Of a stretch of 64,000 bases of DNA, positions 1 through 13,815 are shown in pieces (position 1 is the first letter of the stretch; each line of letters starts with the position of its first letter). The position numbers and the translations under genes were made by a program. Source of the DNA: Eledone cirrhosa (Eukaryota); contig OZ024751.1 in NCBI GenBank assembly GCA_964016885.1, positions 28,954,001 to 29,018,000 of the forward strand. The letters are read 5' to 3'. The notes under the pieces are model-generated. The model was not told where the DNA came from and did no database searches. It was given only the letters and a program-made list of their open reading frames with translations.

Positions 1-1150
1 GTGTCTGTGTGTGTGTGTGTTACACATACATCTATAGGGTTGCTATAATATATATTGTGTGTGTGTTACACATACATCTATAGGGTTGCTATAATATATA
101 TTGTGTGTGTGTGTGTGTCTGTGTGTGTGTGTGTTACACATACATCTATAGGGTTGCTATAATATATATTGTGTGTGTGTTACACATACATCTATAGGGT
201 TGCTATAATATATATTGTGTGTGTGTTACACATACATCTATAGGGTTGCTATAATATATATTGTGTGTGTGTGTGTGTCTGTGTGTGTGTGTGTTACACA
301 TACATCTATAGGGTTGCTATAATATATATTGTGTGTGTGTTACACATACATCTATAGGGTTGCTATAATATATATTGTGTGTGTGTGTGTGTCTGTGTGT
401 GTGTGTGTTACACATACATCTATAGGGTTGCTATAATATATATTGTGTGTGTGTTACACATACATCTATAGGGTTGCTATAATATATATTGTGTGTGTGT
501 TACACATACATCTATAGGGTTGCTATAATATATATTGTGTGTTAGATACACATACATGTAGAGGGTTGCGATAATATGTATTGTGTGAGTGTGTGTGTGT
601 TAGATACACATACATGTATAGGGTTGCTATAATATGTATTGTGTGAGTGTGCGTTCGTCTGTCTGTGTGTGTGTGTGTGACACATAGATATATAGGGTTG
701 CTATAATATATATATAGTGTGTGTGTGTGTGTGTGTGTGTGTGCCTGTGTGTGTGTGTGTGTGTGTGACATAGATATATAGGGTTGCTATAATATATATA
801 TATAGTGTGTGTGTGTGTATGTGTGTGCCTGTGTGTGTGTGTGTGTGTGTGACAGATATATAGAGTTGCTATAATATATATATTGTGTGTATGTGTGTGC
901 CTGTGTGTGTGTATATGTGTCTGTGTGTGTGTGAGTTACACATACATGTAAAGGGTTGCGATAATATGTATTGTGTGAGTGTGCGTCTGTCTGTGTGTGT
1001 GTGTGTGTGTGTGACACATAGATATATAGGGTTGCTATAATATATATATAGTGTGTGTCTGTCTATCTGTCTCTGTGTGTGTATGCGTATATGAGATACA
1101 CATACATGTATAAGGCTGCTATAATTTACATATGTGTGTGTGTGTCTATG
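1..1150. repeat. Minisatellite, core TACACATACATCTATAGGGTTGCTATAATATATATT plus variable (GT)n
   Basis: Core repeated near-perfectly over 1-540 and decaying to ~1150. Confidence 0.95.
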
Positions 1151-1286
1151 TGTTAGATATATTTACATGTACTTCACAGAGCACATCTTAATTGATCTAA
1201 ATGAAATATTTTACACTGGGAGTACTGTATAACTAATTAAAAATTGGACCCATGACAAAAGTCTATATGAAAAGATATAAGACAAG

Positions 1287-1317
<31 letters not shown>

Positions 1318-1389
1318 TGTTTTTATGTCCTCTTTTCCTTTTTTGCATGGACCGAAAGAAAAAAAACAAAAAAACCCAAACATTAGCTG

Positions 1390-1625
1390 TGGCCTTGCAG
1401 CTCGGTCTCTGCAGTTTAGGGCTTGCAGCTCGATCTCTGCAGCTTAGGGCTTGCAGCTCGATCTCTGCAGTTGTGGGCTTGCAACTCGATCTCTGCAGTT
1501 GCGGGCTTGCAGCTCGATCTCTGCAGTTGCGGGCTTGCAGCTTGATCTCTGCAGTTGCGAGCTTGCAGCTCGATCTCTGCAGTTGCGAGCTTGCAGCTCG
1601 ATCTCTGCAGTTGTGGGTTGCAGGC
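1390..1625. repeat. 28-bp tandem repeat (GGCTTGCAGCTCGATCTCTGCAGTTGCG), about 8 copies
   Basis: Direct inspection; explains the repetitive ORFs at 1211-1717. Confidence 0.95.
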
Positions 1626-2420
1626 AGTGTAGATGTATATTTTTGTTTAGTGCTGGTGTCTTGATAAACGTCTCCAGTGTACATTGTAAGGAGGTAGAGC
1701 TGGTGCCATGAAAACAAGTACCCAGTCCTAGTAAGTTGGTAGGGCTACAAGATACATTATAGTGTTATCAGTACATGTTGTAAAGTGGTTGACATGAGGA
1801 AGGGTATCTGACTGTAGAAACCAAGTCTATATAGAGCATGTAACTAATACTAATGAGAGAGCACACAACAAACACCAAGATCATCATCACCATCACCACT
1901 GCCACTGCCACCACCATCACCACTGCCACCACAACAACCACCACCATCACCACCAACACAACCACCACCACCATCACCACTGCCACCACCACCACTACCA
2001 TCACTACATCACCGCTACCACCATCACCACACCGCCACCAACATCATCACTATCACCATCACCATCACCACAACCACCACCACCATCCTCACCACTATTA
2101 CCACCACCACACCACAACCCCACCCCACCCCCTCACAAACTTCACTAACCCACCCCCAACCACCACACCACCACCACTACCATCACCACCATCACCACTA
2201 CCACCATCACCACACCACAACCACCACCACCATCACTACACCACCACACCACCACCACCACCACCATCACCACCATCACCACCACCACCACACCACCACC
2301 ACTAGAAGCAACAGGATCTTGTCCCACTTACTGTTAACATTGAACTGTTTAATTTACCAATTTCCTGAAATTCACCTGAGCACTAAATACTGCTTTACCT
2401 TCTTTCTTTCTTTTACTTAC

Positions 2421-2524
2421 CTTTTTCCTTTGAAGTGATGTTCGTGGTGGGGGTGAGGCAGTGGGAGAAGTGGTGGTGTTGGTGTTGGTGGGATGGGGTC
2501 TTTAGTTGTCTCTTGTTTTCTTTG
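2421..2524 (-). other. Candidate spliced exon (104 nt) of an unidentified transcript
   Basis: Minus strand has a pyrimidine-rich tract ending CTCCACAG before, and AAG|GTAAGT after; two frames are open (QRKQETTKDPIPP... / KENKRQLKTPS...); no protein recognised. Confidence 0.35.
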
Positions 2525-2656
2525 CTGTGGAGTGACGAAAGGAAAGAGTGACAAAAAAAAAAAAGAGATGAATGAATAGAATGAAAGAAGAATTTAGTGA
2601 AAGAATGAGAGGAATAAATTGACACAGAATAGACTCATAGCAGACAATAATAATAA

Positions 2657-3160
2657 TGGTTTCTTATATAGGCACAAGGCCAGCAATTTTGAGGGAGGAG
2701 ACAGTCGATTAAATCGACCCCAGTGCGTGACGTACTTTATTTTATCGACCCCGTAAGGATGAAAGGCAAAGTTAACCTCGGAGGGATTTGAACTCAGACC
2801 ATAAAGGGCCGTAACTTTATGCGTCAAAGCATGGTGTCCGACCCTCTACCGATACTGCCAATATTTTATCGACCCCGTAAGGATGAAAAGCAAAATTAAC
2901 ATTGGTGGGATTTGAACTCAGACCATAAAGGGCCGTAACTCTTTGCTGCAAAGCACGGCGCCCTACCCTCTACTGATACTGCCAATCCACGACCCTCAAT
3001 AATAATGATCAGCAATTTTGGGGAGAGGGTAAAGTTGATCAATTTGACCCCAGTGTATTACTGGTGTTTTATTTTATCAACCCTGTAAGGATGAAAGTTA
3101 AAGCTAACTTTTTGTGGGATTTGAACTCAGAATGTAAAGGGCTGTATCTCTATGCAGCAG
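2657..3160 (-). mobile_element. tRNA-derived SINE family S1, tandem/partial copies
   Basis: Minus strand has A-box TGGCAGTATC(A/G)G, B-box GAGTTCAAATCC, central block GCCTTTCATCCTTACGGGGTCGATAAAATAAAGTAC and an (ATT)n tail; recurs across the window. Confidence 0.85.
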
Positions 3161-3229
3161 TCTATTCATGAATTGAACAACTGACAGTACATGTTGAGTT
3201 AAAATCTGTTTTAAGCTGAAGGCTCATCA

Positions 3230-3712
3230 TGCCAGTACTTATCTCTAGTTTCCTTGACATTAAGAGACTGAGAATACAAAACTCTTCCAGGACAGGATGC
3301 CAGTCTATCGCAGGTTTAACTCCCCAGCTACTGCTGGTAGTCAATCTCAACTGAGTGTACTGGAGCAATATGAAATAAGATGTTTTTCTCAAGAACACAA
3401 CACAGTAGCCTGTCCAGGAATTGAACAACTCCTAGTACCCATTAAGTTAAAGTCTGTTCTAAGCCCAATACTTATTCCCAATCTCCTTGATGTTAAGCGA
3501 CTTAGAATACAAAACTCTCCTTGGACAGGATGCCAGTCTATTGCAGGTGTAACTCTCCAGCTACTGTTGGTAGTCAATCTCAAGTGGGTGTACTGGAGCA
3601 ACATGAAATAAAATGTTTTGCTCAAGAACACAAAACAACTGTCTGTCCAGGAATCAAACCGACAACATTACAATTCTTTGCAAAGCATCCTAACCTTTAG
3701 GCCAAGCACCTG
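3230..3712 (-). mobile_element. tRNA-derived SINE family S2, two tandem copies
   Basis: Reverse complement matches the S2 copy at 49903 (TTCTTGAGCAA.ACA.TTTATTTCA..TTGCTCCAGT). Confidence 0.75.
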
Positions 3713-5194
3713 CATGTAAGACTGATATATTATTTTATAAACCCCTTGAAGGATGTTAGATCCATTAGTTCCTAGCAAGATTCAAGATTCAAGAACCCAG
3801 AACACACAGACACACCACCAGAAACATTTTTGGCAAAGTGGGGAGGAAGGTGTAATCACCTTTATTGGCTCCTAGTATTAGTTTACTGTGCTTTTTTTTT
3901 TGTTTGTTATTCACTGGTATTTATTTAGTTGTTAGCTTACAATCTCCCCACCACATCCCTGTAGGTCACTTTGTCTGGCTTCTACATACAGTGTAGTAGT
4001 GATGGTGGTAGTTGTAATGATCTAGTAGTAGTAGTGGTGGTGGTGGTGGTTTTAATGATTCAATAGTAATGGTGGTGGCAGTGGTGGTTGTAATGTTCTA
4101 GTAGTGATGGTGGTGGTGGGTCTTGTGGTCTAGTAGTGGTGGTGGTGGTAAGGGATCTTGTATTAATGGTGGTGGTGGGTCTTGTAGTAGTGTTAGTGGT
4201 GATGGTTGTAGTGGTGGTGGTGGTTTTGGTAGTCTAGTAGTAGTGGTGGTGGTAGAATTAGTGATGATAGTAGAAGTGATGGCGGTAGTTTTGATGGTTT
4301 AGTAGTAGTCATGGTGGTGGTAGTAGTATTGTTGATGGTGGTTTGAGAATTGGGAGAGAATTGGTTGGGGTAAAGGAGGGGGAAGAAGAAGGATCAAGGG
4401 TTTGGCTTTAGTTGGTTCTTTGATGGTTTCAGGGCCTACCACTTAACCTCTACTGTTGGTGGTGGTGGTGTGATGGGGATTGTGTGGTGGTGGTTGTTGG
4501 GGTAGTGGTTAGTGTTTATGATGATGGTGTTGGTGTGCTGATGGTTTTAGTTGTGATGGGGTTAGTGGTTGTGGTTGGTCATGTAGTGGTAGTAGTAGTT
4601 GTGGTTGGGATAATGTTTATAGTAATGGTGGTGGTGGTAATAGTTGTAGTGGTGATGGTGATGGGAGTAGTTGGGGGTGGTGGTAGTGGTAGTAGTAGTG
4701 GTGCTGGTGATGGGAGTAGTTAGAGTAGTGCTTATAGTAATGGTGGTGGTTGTACTGTTGTACTGATTTAATAGGTGTGGTTATTGTTGTGGTTTAAGCC
4801 CCAGGCCTTAGCATACATACAGTGTCAGTGTGTATGTTTAGATTTGCTATCATTTTTTTTTATATACTGTTTAGCTAGGGAGGAGGGACAGTGCCCAGCT
4901 TATGACCCTTTTCAGGTCTTTTGGGATTAGTTGGTGGGGTGGTTGGGAGGGAGGATATATTCCAATAGGAGACATGCCCTCTGTCTCTTCCCCTCCAGAA
5001 TCTTTGCAATAGAGTGGACTTCACTACCCCCTCCAAGGACAAGGTACCACTGTTAAACTGGACAACAGATTAAGTCTAACTACTCTAGCAGGCCACAGCA
5101 GAATTTGAACTCAGAATAGAAAGAATTGGAGCAAATTCTGCAAAACATCTCAACCATCAATTCTATCAATTTCACCAATCTTTGGCCCTTGAAT

Positions 5195-5420
5195 GGAACT
5201 TTATTGTATTGGATGATAATTGCTGGGTGAAGAAATGTCAAGTAATCCCAGTGGAAGGAAGCTGCAGTAGAGGAAGACCTAGCAAGACCTAGATGGAAGT
5301 GATGAGAGCTGATTTCAGATCACTGTAGCTCATAGAGATGACAACAAAGAAATGTGAAAAGGGGAGAGAAGTGATGCTGTACTGAGTGGAACAATGGATG
5401 TAAAATGATGATAATGATGG
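5195..5420 (+). mobile_element. RTE LINE 3' fragment (decayed)
   Basis: Translates to MDDNCWVKKCQVIPVEGSCSRGRPSKT*MEVMRADFRSL, homologous to 36969-37193; ends in GGATGTAAAATGATGAT tail. Confidence 0.85.
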
Positions 5421-5880
5421 TGACATCCCCACCTCTCATTTTAATTAACAATAGCACTAACACAGTGTGATATAGAATAAAGATCTATATGAACCCATAT
5501 ATAATTTGAGAGGACTCTCTAGTTGTATCACTGACATGACAACCTTCCTAGTGCTGGTACCACAATAAAAAGGACTTGTTGAACATGAGACCATATATAA
5601 TTTGGAAGGTCATTCAAGTTGTGTCCAAGACATGGCAATCTACCTAGTGCTGGTGACAAGATAACAAGCATTTGGTAGAACATGGAACCATATATAATTT
5701 GGGAGGGCCTTCCTTCCAGTTATGTCAAAGACACGACAATCTCCCTAGTGCTGGTGTAATGTTAAAATGCACTTGGTCCAATGCAGCAGAACCATCTGTA
5801 AGCGAGCTGCAGCCCCCTCCAGTCTGTCTGAGAAGTCAATGGCCCTCACTTCAGTATATTTTGGCCTGTGACATACATAC

Positions 5881-5966
5881 ATTAGCTGCTTTACCCCAAG
5901 TGTGTTGGAATGTCTGGCTTTAATGAGGTAGAGGTTCAGTCTCTCAGTGGGTTGGAAGGGGGAGCA
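5881..5966 (-). other. Candidate spliced exon (86 nt)
   Basis: TTGTTCACAG acceptor and AAT|GTATGT donor around a unique-sequence island; only one frame is open (CSPFQPTERLNLYLIKARHSNTLGVKQL). Confidence 0.25.
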
Positions 5967-6224
5967 CTGTGAACAATTGGTTTATTCAACAAATTTCAAT
6001 TGGATTATATATAATAGTTGTAATAAAAAAAGAAAAAGAGAAAAATAGTGTGGGCAAGGGAGAGTCTACACCCCAGTCCTCCTGGCCACCAGCTGTTTAA
6101 CTATATGGTGGTGGTGGTGATGAAGGATCAGGGTTGTGATGATGGTAGTGGTTGTGATGATAATGGTGGTGGTGTATGGTGTATGGTAGAGGATCAGGAT
6201 TGCGGTGATGATAGTGGTGGCTGT

Positions 6225-6755
6225 GTATGGTGATTGTGGGTGGTGATGGTGGTGGTGTTGTATGGTGATTGTGGTGGTGATGGTGGTGATGGTGGTGGTG
6301 TTGTATGGTGATTGTGGTGGTGATGGTGGTGGTGTTGTATGGTGATTGTGGTGGTGATGGTGGTGGTGTTGTATGGTGATTGTGGTGGTGATGGTGGTGA
6401 TGGTGGTGGTGTTGTATGGTGATTGTGGTGGTGATGGTGGTGGTGTTGTATGGTGATTGTGGTGGTGATGGTGGTGATGGTGGTGGTGTTGTATGGTGAT
6501 TGTGGTGGTGATGGTGGTGGTGTTGTATGGTGATTGTGGTGGTGATGGTGGTGATGGTGGTGGTGTTGTATGGTGATTGTGGTGGTGATGGTGGTGGTGT
6601 TGTATGGTGATTGTGGTGGTGGTGTTGTATGGTGATTGTGGTGGTGATGGTGGTGATGGTGGTGGTGTTGTATGGTGATTGTGGGTGGTGATGGTGGTGG
6701 TGTTGTATGGTGATTGTGGTGGTGGTGTTGTATGGTGATTGTGGTGGTGATGGTG
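6225..6755. repeat. GGT-derived minisatellite (GGTGGTGATGGTGGTGGTGTTGTATGGTGATTGT), ~33-42 bp units
   Basis: Direct inspection. Confidence 0.9.
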
Positions 6756-7240
6756 TAGGAGGACAGTGATAGTGTTGGAGGTGGGGTAGGATCATAGTGA
6801 TAGTGGTGGAGGAGGAACATAATGATTGTGATGATAATGGTTGTGGTAGTAGAAAATCATTACGATGGTGGTGGTGGAGGGGGAGGGGGGTGATTGTGAT
6901 GATAACAGTGGTAGCAGCAGTAGTGGTGGTGGTGGTGTTGGTGTCAGTAGCCCTATATATCTCCCCCTCCTCCTCCTCTTCCCATCCCTCCCATGATAGA
7001 GTTGTTGATGCTGTGCTTCTACTAAACACTCACTTAACATATTATTATATATTTACTGTCTTAATTGTTTGTTGTGGATTGAAGGACCACTTAACCTCCT
7101 GACCCCAGCTTGTCAACTTTTGGCAGTTACTTCTACAACATATTGTAGTAGCAGTGGTAGTAGTGGTGGTGGTGGTGGTGGTGGTGGTGGGATAAAGGGC
7201 TGATCTGGTAGTAGGAGGATATGAGGTTATATATATATAT

Positions 7241-7353
7241 ATAACAGAGGAGTTGTGGTAGGGAACCAGATGGACCATAACGCCACAGAGTACTCAATAC
7301 TTAGGGTAGTAGAGTGGGTAATAGGAGAAAGTATGAGTCATACTTTCTCCTAT
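7241..7353 (-). mobile_element. Family B short element, shortest copy, with terminal 16-bp fold-back, in (TA)n
   Basis: Homologous to 53751-53845 and to the reverse complement of 32285-32383; ends ATAGGAGAAAGTATGA-G-TCATACTTTCTCCTAT. Confidence 0.85.
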
Positions 7354-7425
7354 ATATATATATATATATATATACTCTTTTATCTGCTCCAGCCACCAGG
7401 CTAAGACCATGCTGGGGCACTGCCG

Positions 7426-7580
7426 ATCATCATCACCATTTTACGTCCGTTCTTCCACGCTAGCATGGGTTAGATGGGTTGTCCTGTTGTGGGCAGTGTC
7501 TGGTCGGCTGACCATGCCTTGCTCATACAGGAACTGATTTGGTTTGATTTCTACAGCTGGATGCCCTTCCTAACACCAAC
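7426..7580 (-). mobile_element. RTE LINE 3'UTR/tail fragment
   Basis: Near-identical to 55275-55440, which is contiguous with an RTE ORF end. Confidence 0.85.
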
Positions 7581-8211
7581 CTATCGCGTTCGGTGAGTTA
7601 TTTCCCCTGTTCTAATACTTTTGTCTTATTTACAATTTCATACTAATTTTTAAACTCATCAACATTCTTTCGCTGTTAACATACAGAACCAATAATTTGA
7701 AAAATATTATTGAAAGTTTATTATAAAGAAGCAGTTTCAGGAAAAAGTGTAAACTATCATACAAACCTTCATAATATGCATTTTTAAACTTGCATATCAT
7801 CGACATTGCTATTTCGTTGTTAATAAACTATCATCCTTCTACATTTAACGATCATACAGTACCGTTTTATGAAATCGATTCTGCAGTACGGACACTGTTT
7901 TCCATCAAAAGAAATAAAACCCTTAAATTGCGAAAACGGACGTGTGTTTTTATTTTAATTCTAATACATATTAACCACCACTAACAGTAAGTAGTATTTT
8001 TCAAATTGTATATCATCGACATTGCTATTTCGCTGTTAATAAACAACGCTTTTCACGTCGCTCCACTTCTCATTGTACCCCGTCCAGCTCCAAGTGCATA
8101 TTTCTATTTTTTTTCCTGAAACTGCTTCTTTATAATAAACTTTCAATAATATTTTTCAAATTATCAACTTAATAAAAAGTGGCCCTGGGTGCAACCGGGC
8201 TCAGCTGTTAG
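7581..8211 (+). mobile_element. Probable Helitron-like fragment containing a 55-bp internal inverted repeat
   Basis: Ends with GC hairpin GCCCTGGGTGCAACCGGGC then CTGTTAG|T, resembling the 3' end at 41082-41109; 5' end not identified. Confidence 0.5.
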
Positions 8212-8529
8212 TATATATATATATATAAACTTAAGAAAATTAACAAAGAGAGAACAAGACATCGAACTGAAACAAGGCAAAGCGAAGGGGAAACGATAGA
8301 AAATTATTTAAAAAAAAATAAATGATGGGCACAGAACTCCTGGGTCATCGGCTGTTGAGATGGACTTTGGCAGTTTTGACCCCTACCAACAGTACTATTG
8401 GTCCATCCAGGGTCACAAATTTTGACACAAATGCTGCCCAGTGGAGTAAGAGACAAGAGACAAAACATTAATTTATAGTTATGAAGGTGTGTGTGTATCT
8501 ACTTTGTGTACTGAGACTACCTGTCTGTG

Positions 8530-11500
8530 TGTGTGTGTGTGTGTGTTACAGTATTGTCTATGACACCATGTGTATGTGTGTGTGTGTGTGTTACAGTATT
8601 GTCTAAGACACCATGAGTATGTGTGTGTTACAGTATTGTCTATGACACCATGTGTGTGTGTGTGTTACAGTATTGTCTATGACACCATGAGTATGTGTGT
8701 GTTACAGTATTGTCTATGACACCATGTGTGTGTGTGTGTTACAGTATTGTCTATGACACCATGTGTATGTGTGTGTGTGTGTGTTACAGTATTGTCTATG
8801 ACACCATGAGTATGTGTCTGTTACAGTATTGTCTATGACACCATGTATGTGTGTGTGTGTGTGTTACAGTATTGTCTATGACACCATGTGTATGTGTGTG
8901 TGTTACAGTATTGTCTATGACACCATGTGTATGTGTGTGTGTTACAGTATTGTCTATGACACCATGTGTGTGTGTGTGTTACAGTATTGTCTATGACACC
9001 ATGTGTATGTGTGTGTGTGTTACAGTATTGTCTATGACACCATGTGTATGTGTGTGTGTTACAGTATTGTCTATGACACCATGTATGTGTGTGTGTGTGT
9101 GTGTTACAGTATTGTCTATGACACCATGTATGTGTATGTGTGTGTTACAGTATTGTCTATGACACCATGTGTATGTGTGTGTGTTACAGTATTGTCTATG
9201 ACACCATGTGTATGTGTGTGTGTTACAGTATTGTCTATGACACCATGTGTATGTGTGTGTGTTACAGTATTGTCTATGACACCATGTGTATGTGTGTGTG
9301 TTACAGTATTGTCTATGACACCATGTGTATGTGTGTGTGTTACAGTATTGTCTATGACACCATGTGTATGTGTGTGTTACAGTATTGTCTATGACACCAT
9401 GTATGTGTGTGTTACAGTATTGTCTATGACACCATGTGTATGTGTGTGTGTTACAGTATTGTCTATGACACCATGTGTATGTGTGTGTGTTACAGTATTG
9501 TCTATGACACCATGTGTATGTGTGTGTGTTACAGTATTGTCTATGACACCATGTGTATGTGTGTGTTACAGTATTGTCTATGACACCATGTATGTGTGTG
9601 TTACAGTATTGTCTATGACACCATGTGTATGTGTGTGTGTTACAGTATTGTCTATGACACCATGTGTATGTGTGTGTGTTACAGTAGTGTCTATGACACC
9701 ATGTGTATGTGTGTGTGTTACAGTATTGTCTATGACACCATGTGTATGTGTGTGTTACAGTATTGTCTATGACACCATGTGTGTGTGTGTGTTACAGTAT
9801 TGTCTATGACACCATGTGTGTGTGTGTGTGTTACAGTATTGTCGATGACACCATGTGTATGTGTGTGTGTTACAGTATTGTCTATGACACCATGTATGTG
9901 TGTGTGTGTGTTACAGTATTGTCTATGACACCATGTGTATGTGTGTGTGTTACAGTAGTGTCTATGACACCATGTGTATGTGTGTGTGTTACAGTAGTGT
10001 CTATGACACCATGTGTATGTGTGTGTGTTACAGTATTGTCTATGACACCATGTGTATGTGTGTGTTACAGTATTGTCTATGACACCATGTGTGTGTGTGT
10101 GTGTGTTACAGTATTGTCTATGACACCATGTGTATGTGTGTGTGTTACAGTATTGTCTATGACACCATGTGTATGTGTGTGTGTTACAGTAATGTCTATG
10201 ACACCATGTGTATGTGTGTGTGTTACAGTATTGTCTATGACACCATGTGTATGTGTGTGTTACAGTATTGTCTATGACACCATGTGTGTGTGTGTGTGTG
10301 TTACAGTATTGTCTATGACACCATGTGTATGTGTGTGTGTTACAGTATTGTCTATGACACCATGTGTATGTGTGTGTGTTACAGTAGTGTCTATGACACC
10401 ATGTGTATGTGTGTGTTACAGTATTGTCTATGACACCATGTATGTGTGTGTTACAGTATTGTCTATGACACCATGTGTATGTGTGTGTGTTACAGTAGTG
10501 TCTATGACACCATGTGTATGTGTGTGTTACAGTATTGTCTATGACACCATGTGTATGTGTGTGTGTTACAGTAGTGTCTATGACACCATGTGTATGTGTG
10601 TGTTACAGTAGTGTCTATGACACCATGTGTATGTGTGTGTGTTACAGTATTGTCTATGACACCATGTGTATGTGTGTGTGTTACAGTAGTGTCTATGACA
10701 CCATGTGTATGTGTGTGTGTTACAGTATTGTCTATGACACCATGTGTGTGTGTGTGTTACAGTATTGTCTATGACACCATGTGTATGTGTGTGTGTTACA
10801 GTATTGTCTATGACACCATGTGTATGTGTGTGTTACAGTATTGTCTATGACACCATGTGTATGTGTGTGTGTTACAGTAGTGTCTGACACCATGTATGTG
10901 TGTGTATGTGTTACAGTATTGTCTATGACACCATGTGTATGTGTGTGTGTGTGTTACAGTAGTGTCTATGACACCATGTGTATGTGTGTGTGTTACAGTA
11001 TTGTCTATGACACCATGTGTGTGTGTGTGTTACAGTATTGTCTATGACACCATGTGTATGTGTGTATGTTACAGTAGTGTCTATGACACCATGTGTATGT
11101 GTGTGTGTTACAGTATTGTCTATGACACCATGTGTGTGTGTGTTACAGTAGTGTCTGAGACCATGTATGTGTGTGTATGTGTTACAGTATTGTCTATGAC
11201 ACCATGTGTATGTGTGTGTGTGTGTTACAGTAGTGTCTATGACACTATGTGTGTGTGTTACAGTATTGTCTATGACACCATGTGTATGTGTATGTGTGTG
11301 TTACAGTAGTGTCTATGACACCATGTGTATGTGTGTGTGTTACAGTATTGTCTATGACACCATGTGTATGTGTGTGTGTTACAGTAGTGTCTATGACACC
11401 ATGTGTATGTGTGTGTGTTACAGTATTGTCTATGACACCATGTGTGTGTGTGTGTTACAGTATTGTCTATGACACCATGTGTATGTGTGTGTGTTACAGT

Positions 11501-12125
11501 AGTGTCTATGACACCATGTGTATGTGTGTGTGTTACAGTATTGTCTATGACACCATGTGTGTGTGTGTTACAGTAGTGTCTGAGACCATGTATGTGTGTG
11601 TATGTGTTACAGTATTGTCTATGACACCATGTGTATGTGTGTGTGTGTGTTACAGTATTGTCTATGACACCATGTGTATGTGTGTGTGTTACAGTAGTGT
11701 CTATGACACCATGTATGTGTGTGTGTTACAGTAGTGTCTGACACCATGTATGTGTGTGTGTGTTACAGTAGTGTCTATGACACCATGTGTATGTGTGTGT
11801 TACAGTATTGTCTATGACACCATGTGTATGTGTGTGTGTTACAGTAGTGTCTATGACACCATGTGTATGTGTGTGTTACAGTAGTGTCTATGACACCATG
11901 TATGTGTGTGTTACAGTAGTGTCTGACACCATGTATGTGTGTGTGTGTGTTACAGTATTGTCTATGACACCATGTGTATGTGTGTGTTACAGTATTGTCT
12001 ATGACACCATGTGTGTGTGTGTGTGTTACAGTAGTGTCTATGACACCATGTATGTGTGTGTTACAGTAGTGTCTGACACCATGTATGTGTGTGTGTTACA
12101 GTAGTGTCTATGACACCATGTGTAT
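8530..12125. repeat. 3.6-kb minisatellite, ~38-bp unit TACAGTATTGTCTATGACACCAT+(GT)n
   Basis: Roughly 95 units with a constant core and a variable GT tract. Confidence 0.98.
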
Positions 12126-12401
12126 GTGTGTATGTGTATATAGCTGTGTTATATATACCAATATATCTACCTATGACTCTCTGTGCGTGTGAGTGTGTGT
12201 ATTACTATATCTTCACCAATATATATCTGACTGTGTGTGTGTGTGTAATACTACAATATGTATCAGTAACTCACTATATTTGCCTCTCTCTCTCTCTCCC
12301 CCCCTCTTTCTCTCTGTGTTTCTACCTGTGCGTGCCTGTATATATGTCTATATAATTGCATATGTATACCTGTGCCTATGTGTATGTGTATACGTGTATG
12401 T

Positions 12402-12433
<32 letters not shown>

Positions 12434-12641
12434 GTGTAAGTATATATATGTGTGGATATGTGTATGTATATACATGTCTATATATATGTGTATATATATA
12501 TATATATGTGTAAGTATATATATGTGTGGGTATGTGTATGTATATATGTGTATGTGTATATATGTGTATGTATATATATATATATATATGTGTAAGTATA
12601 TATATGTGTATGTATATATGTGTATGTATGTATATATGTGT

Positions 12642-12850
12642 ATCATCATCATCATCACCGTTTTACGTCCGTTCTTCCATGCTAGCATGGGTTAGACGGT
12701 TTGTCCTGTTGTGGGCAGTGTCTGGTCGGCTGACCATGCCTTGCTCATACAGGAACTGATTTTGGCCTAGTTTCTACAGCTGGATTCCCTTCCTAACATC
12801 AACCTCATTTACAGTGAGTGCTGGGTGCTTTTTTCCGTGGCGCCTACACG
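12642..12850 (-). mobile_element. RTE LINE 3'UTR/tail fragment
   Basis: Near-identical to 55275-55485. Confidence 0.85.
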
Positions 12851-12898
12851 TATGTATATATATATGTGTAAGTATATATATATGTGTGTATATATGTG

Positions 12899-12963
<65 letters not shown>

Positions 12964-13760
12964 ATGTGTGGATATGTGTATGTATATACGTGTCTGTATA
13001 TATATGTGTATGTATATATATATATATGTGTAAGTATATATGTGTGTGGATATGTGTATGTATATACGTGTATACGTATATATATGTGTAAGTATATATA
13101 TGTGTGTGTATGTATATGTATATACGTGTATGTATATATATATGTGTATGTATATATATATATATGTGTAAGTATATATACGTGTGTGTATGTATATGTA
13201 TATATGTGTATGTATGTAGTATATATGTGTATGTATGTGTGTATATGAATCAGTGTGCATGTGTATTCCTACAATGTATATACCAATATCAGTGTGTGTG
13301 TGTATATGAATCAGTGTGTACATATGTGTATGTATATATACATGTATATGTATGTGTGTGAACAATAAAGAAATTGAGTTTCAGTTATGTTTTTAGTCAG
13401 TCTCTATTTCAACAACAACAATAGCCAGTAGTAAAATGTTCAATTTGTGAAAATAGAGAAAAAATGAAAGAAAAATACATGAACATATTTTATAAACAAC
13501 AACAACAACAACAACAACCAACTGACTGATATGTTGCTAGAGAATCGCATGATAAACACACGCACATACATATACACATACATATATAGACACATGCATA
13601 TGTATATACACACAGATGTGTTCACTTGGGTGTACGCACATAAATGTGCTTGTTATATATACACATACATTAAGTATCAATCTAGTAATATATTGATATG
13701 TGTGTGTGTGTGTATACATGTATATGTATATATATATATATGTGTGTGTGTATATATATA

Positions 13761-13791
<31 letters not shown>

Positions 13792-13815
13792 GTATGAGTA
13801 TGTGTGTGTGTATAC

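Noticed and set aside
8530-12125. CRISPR-like constant repeat with variable spacers
   Set aside because: The 'spacers' are only (GT)n length variants, there are no cas genes, and the context is eukaryotic.
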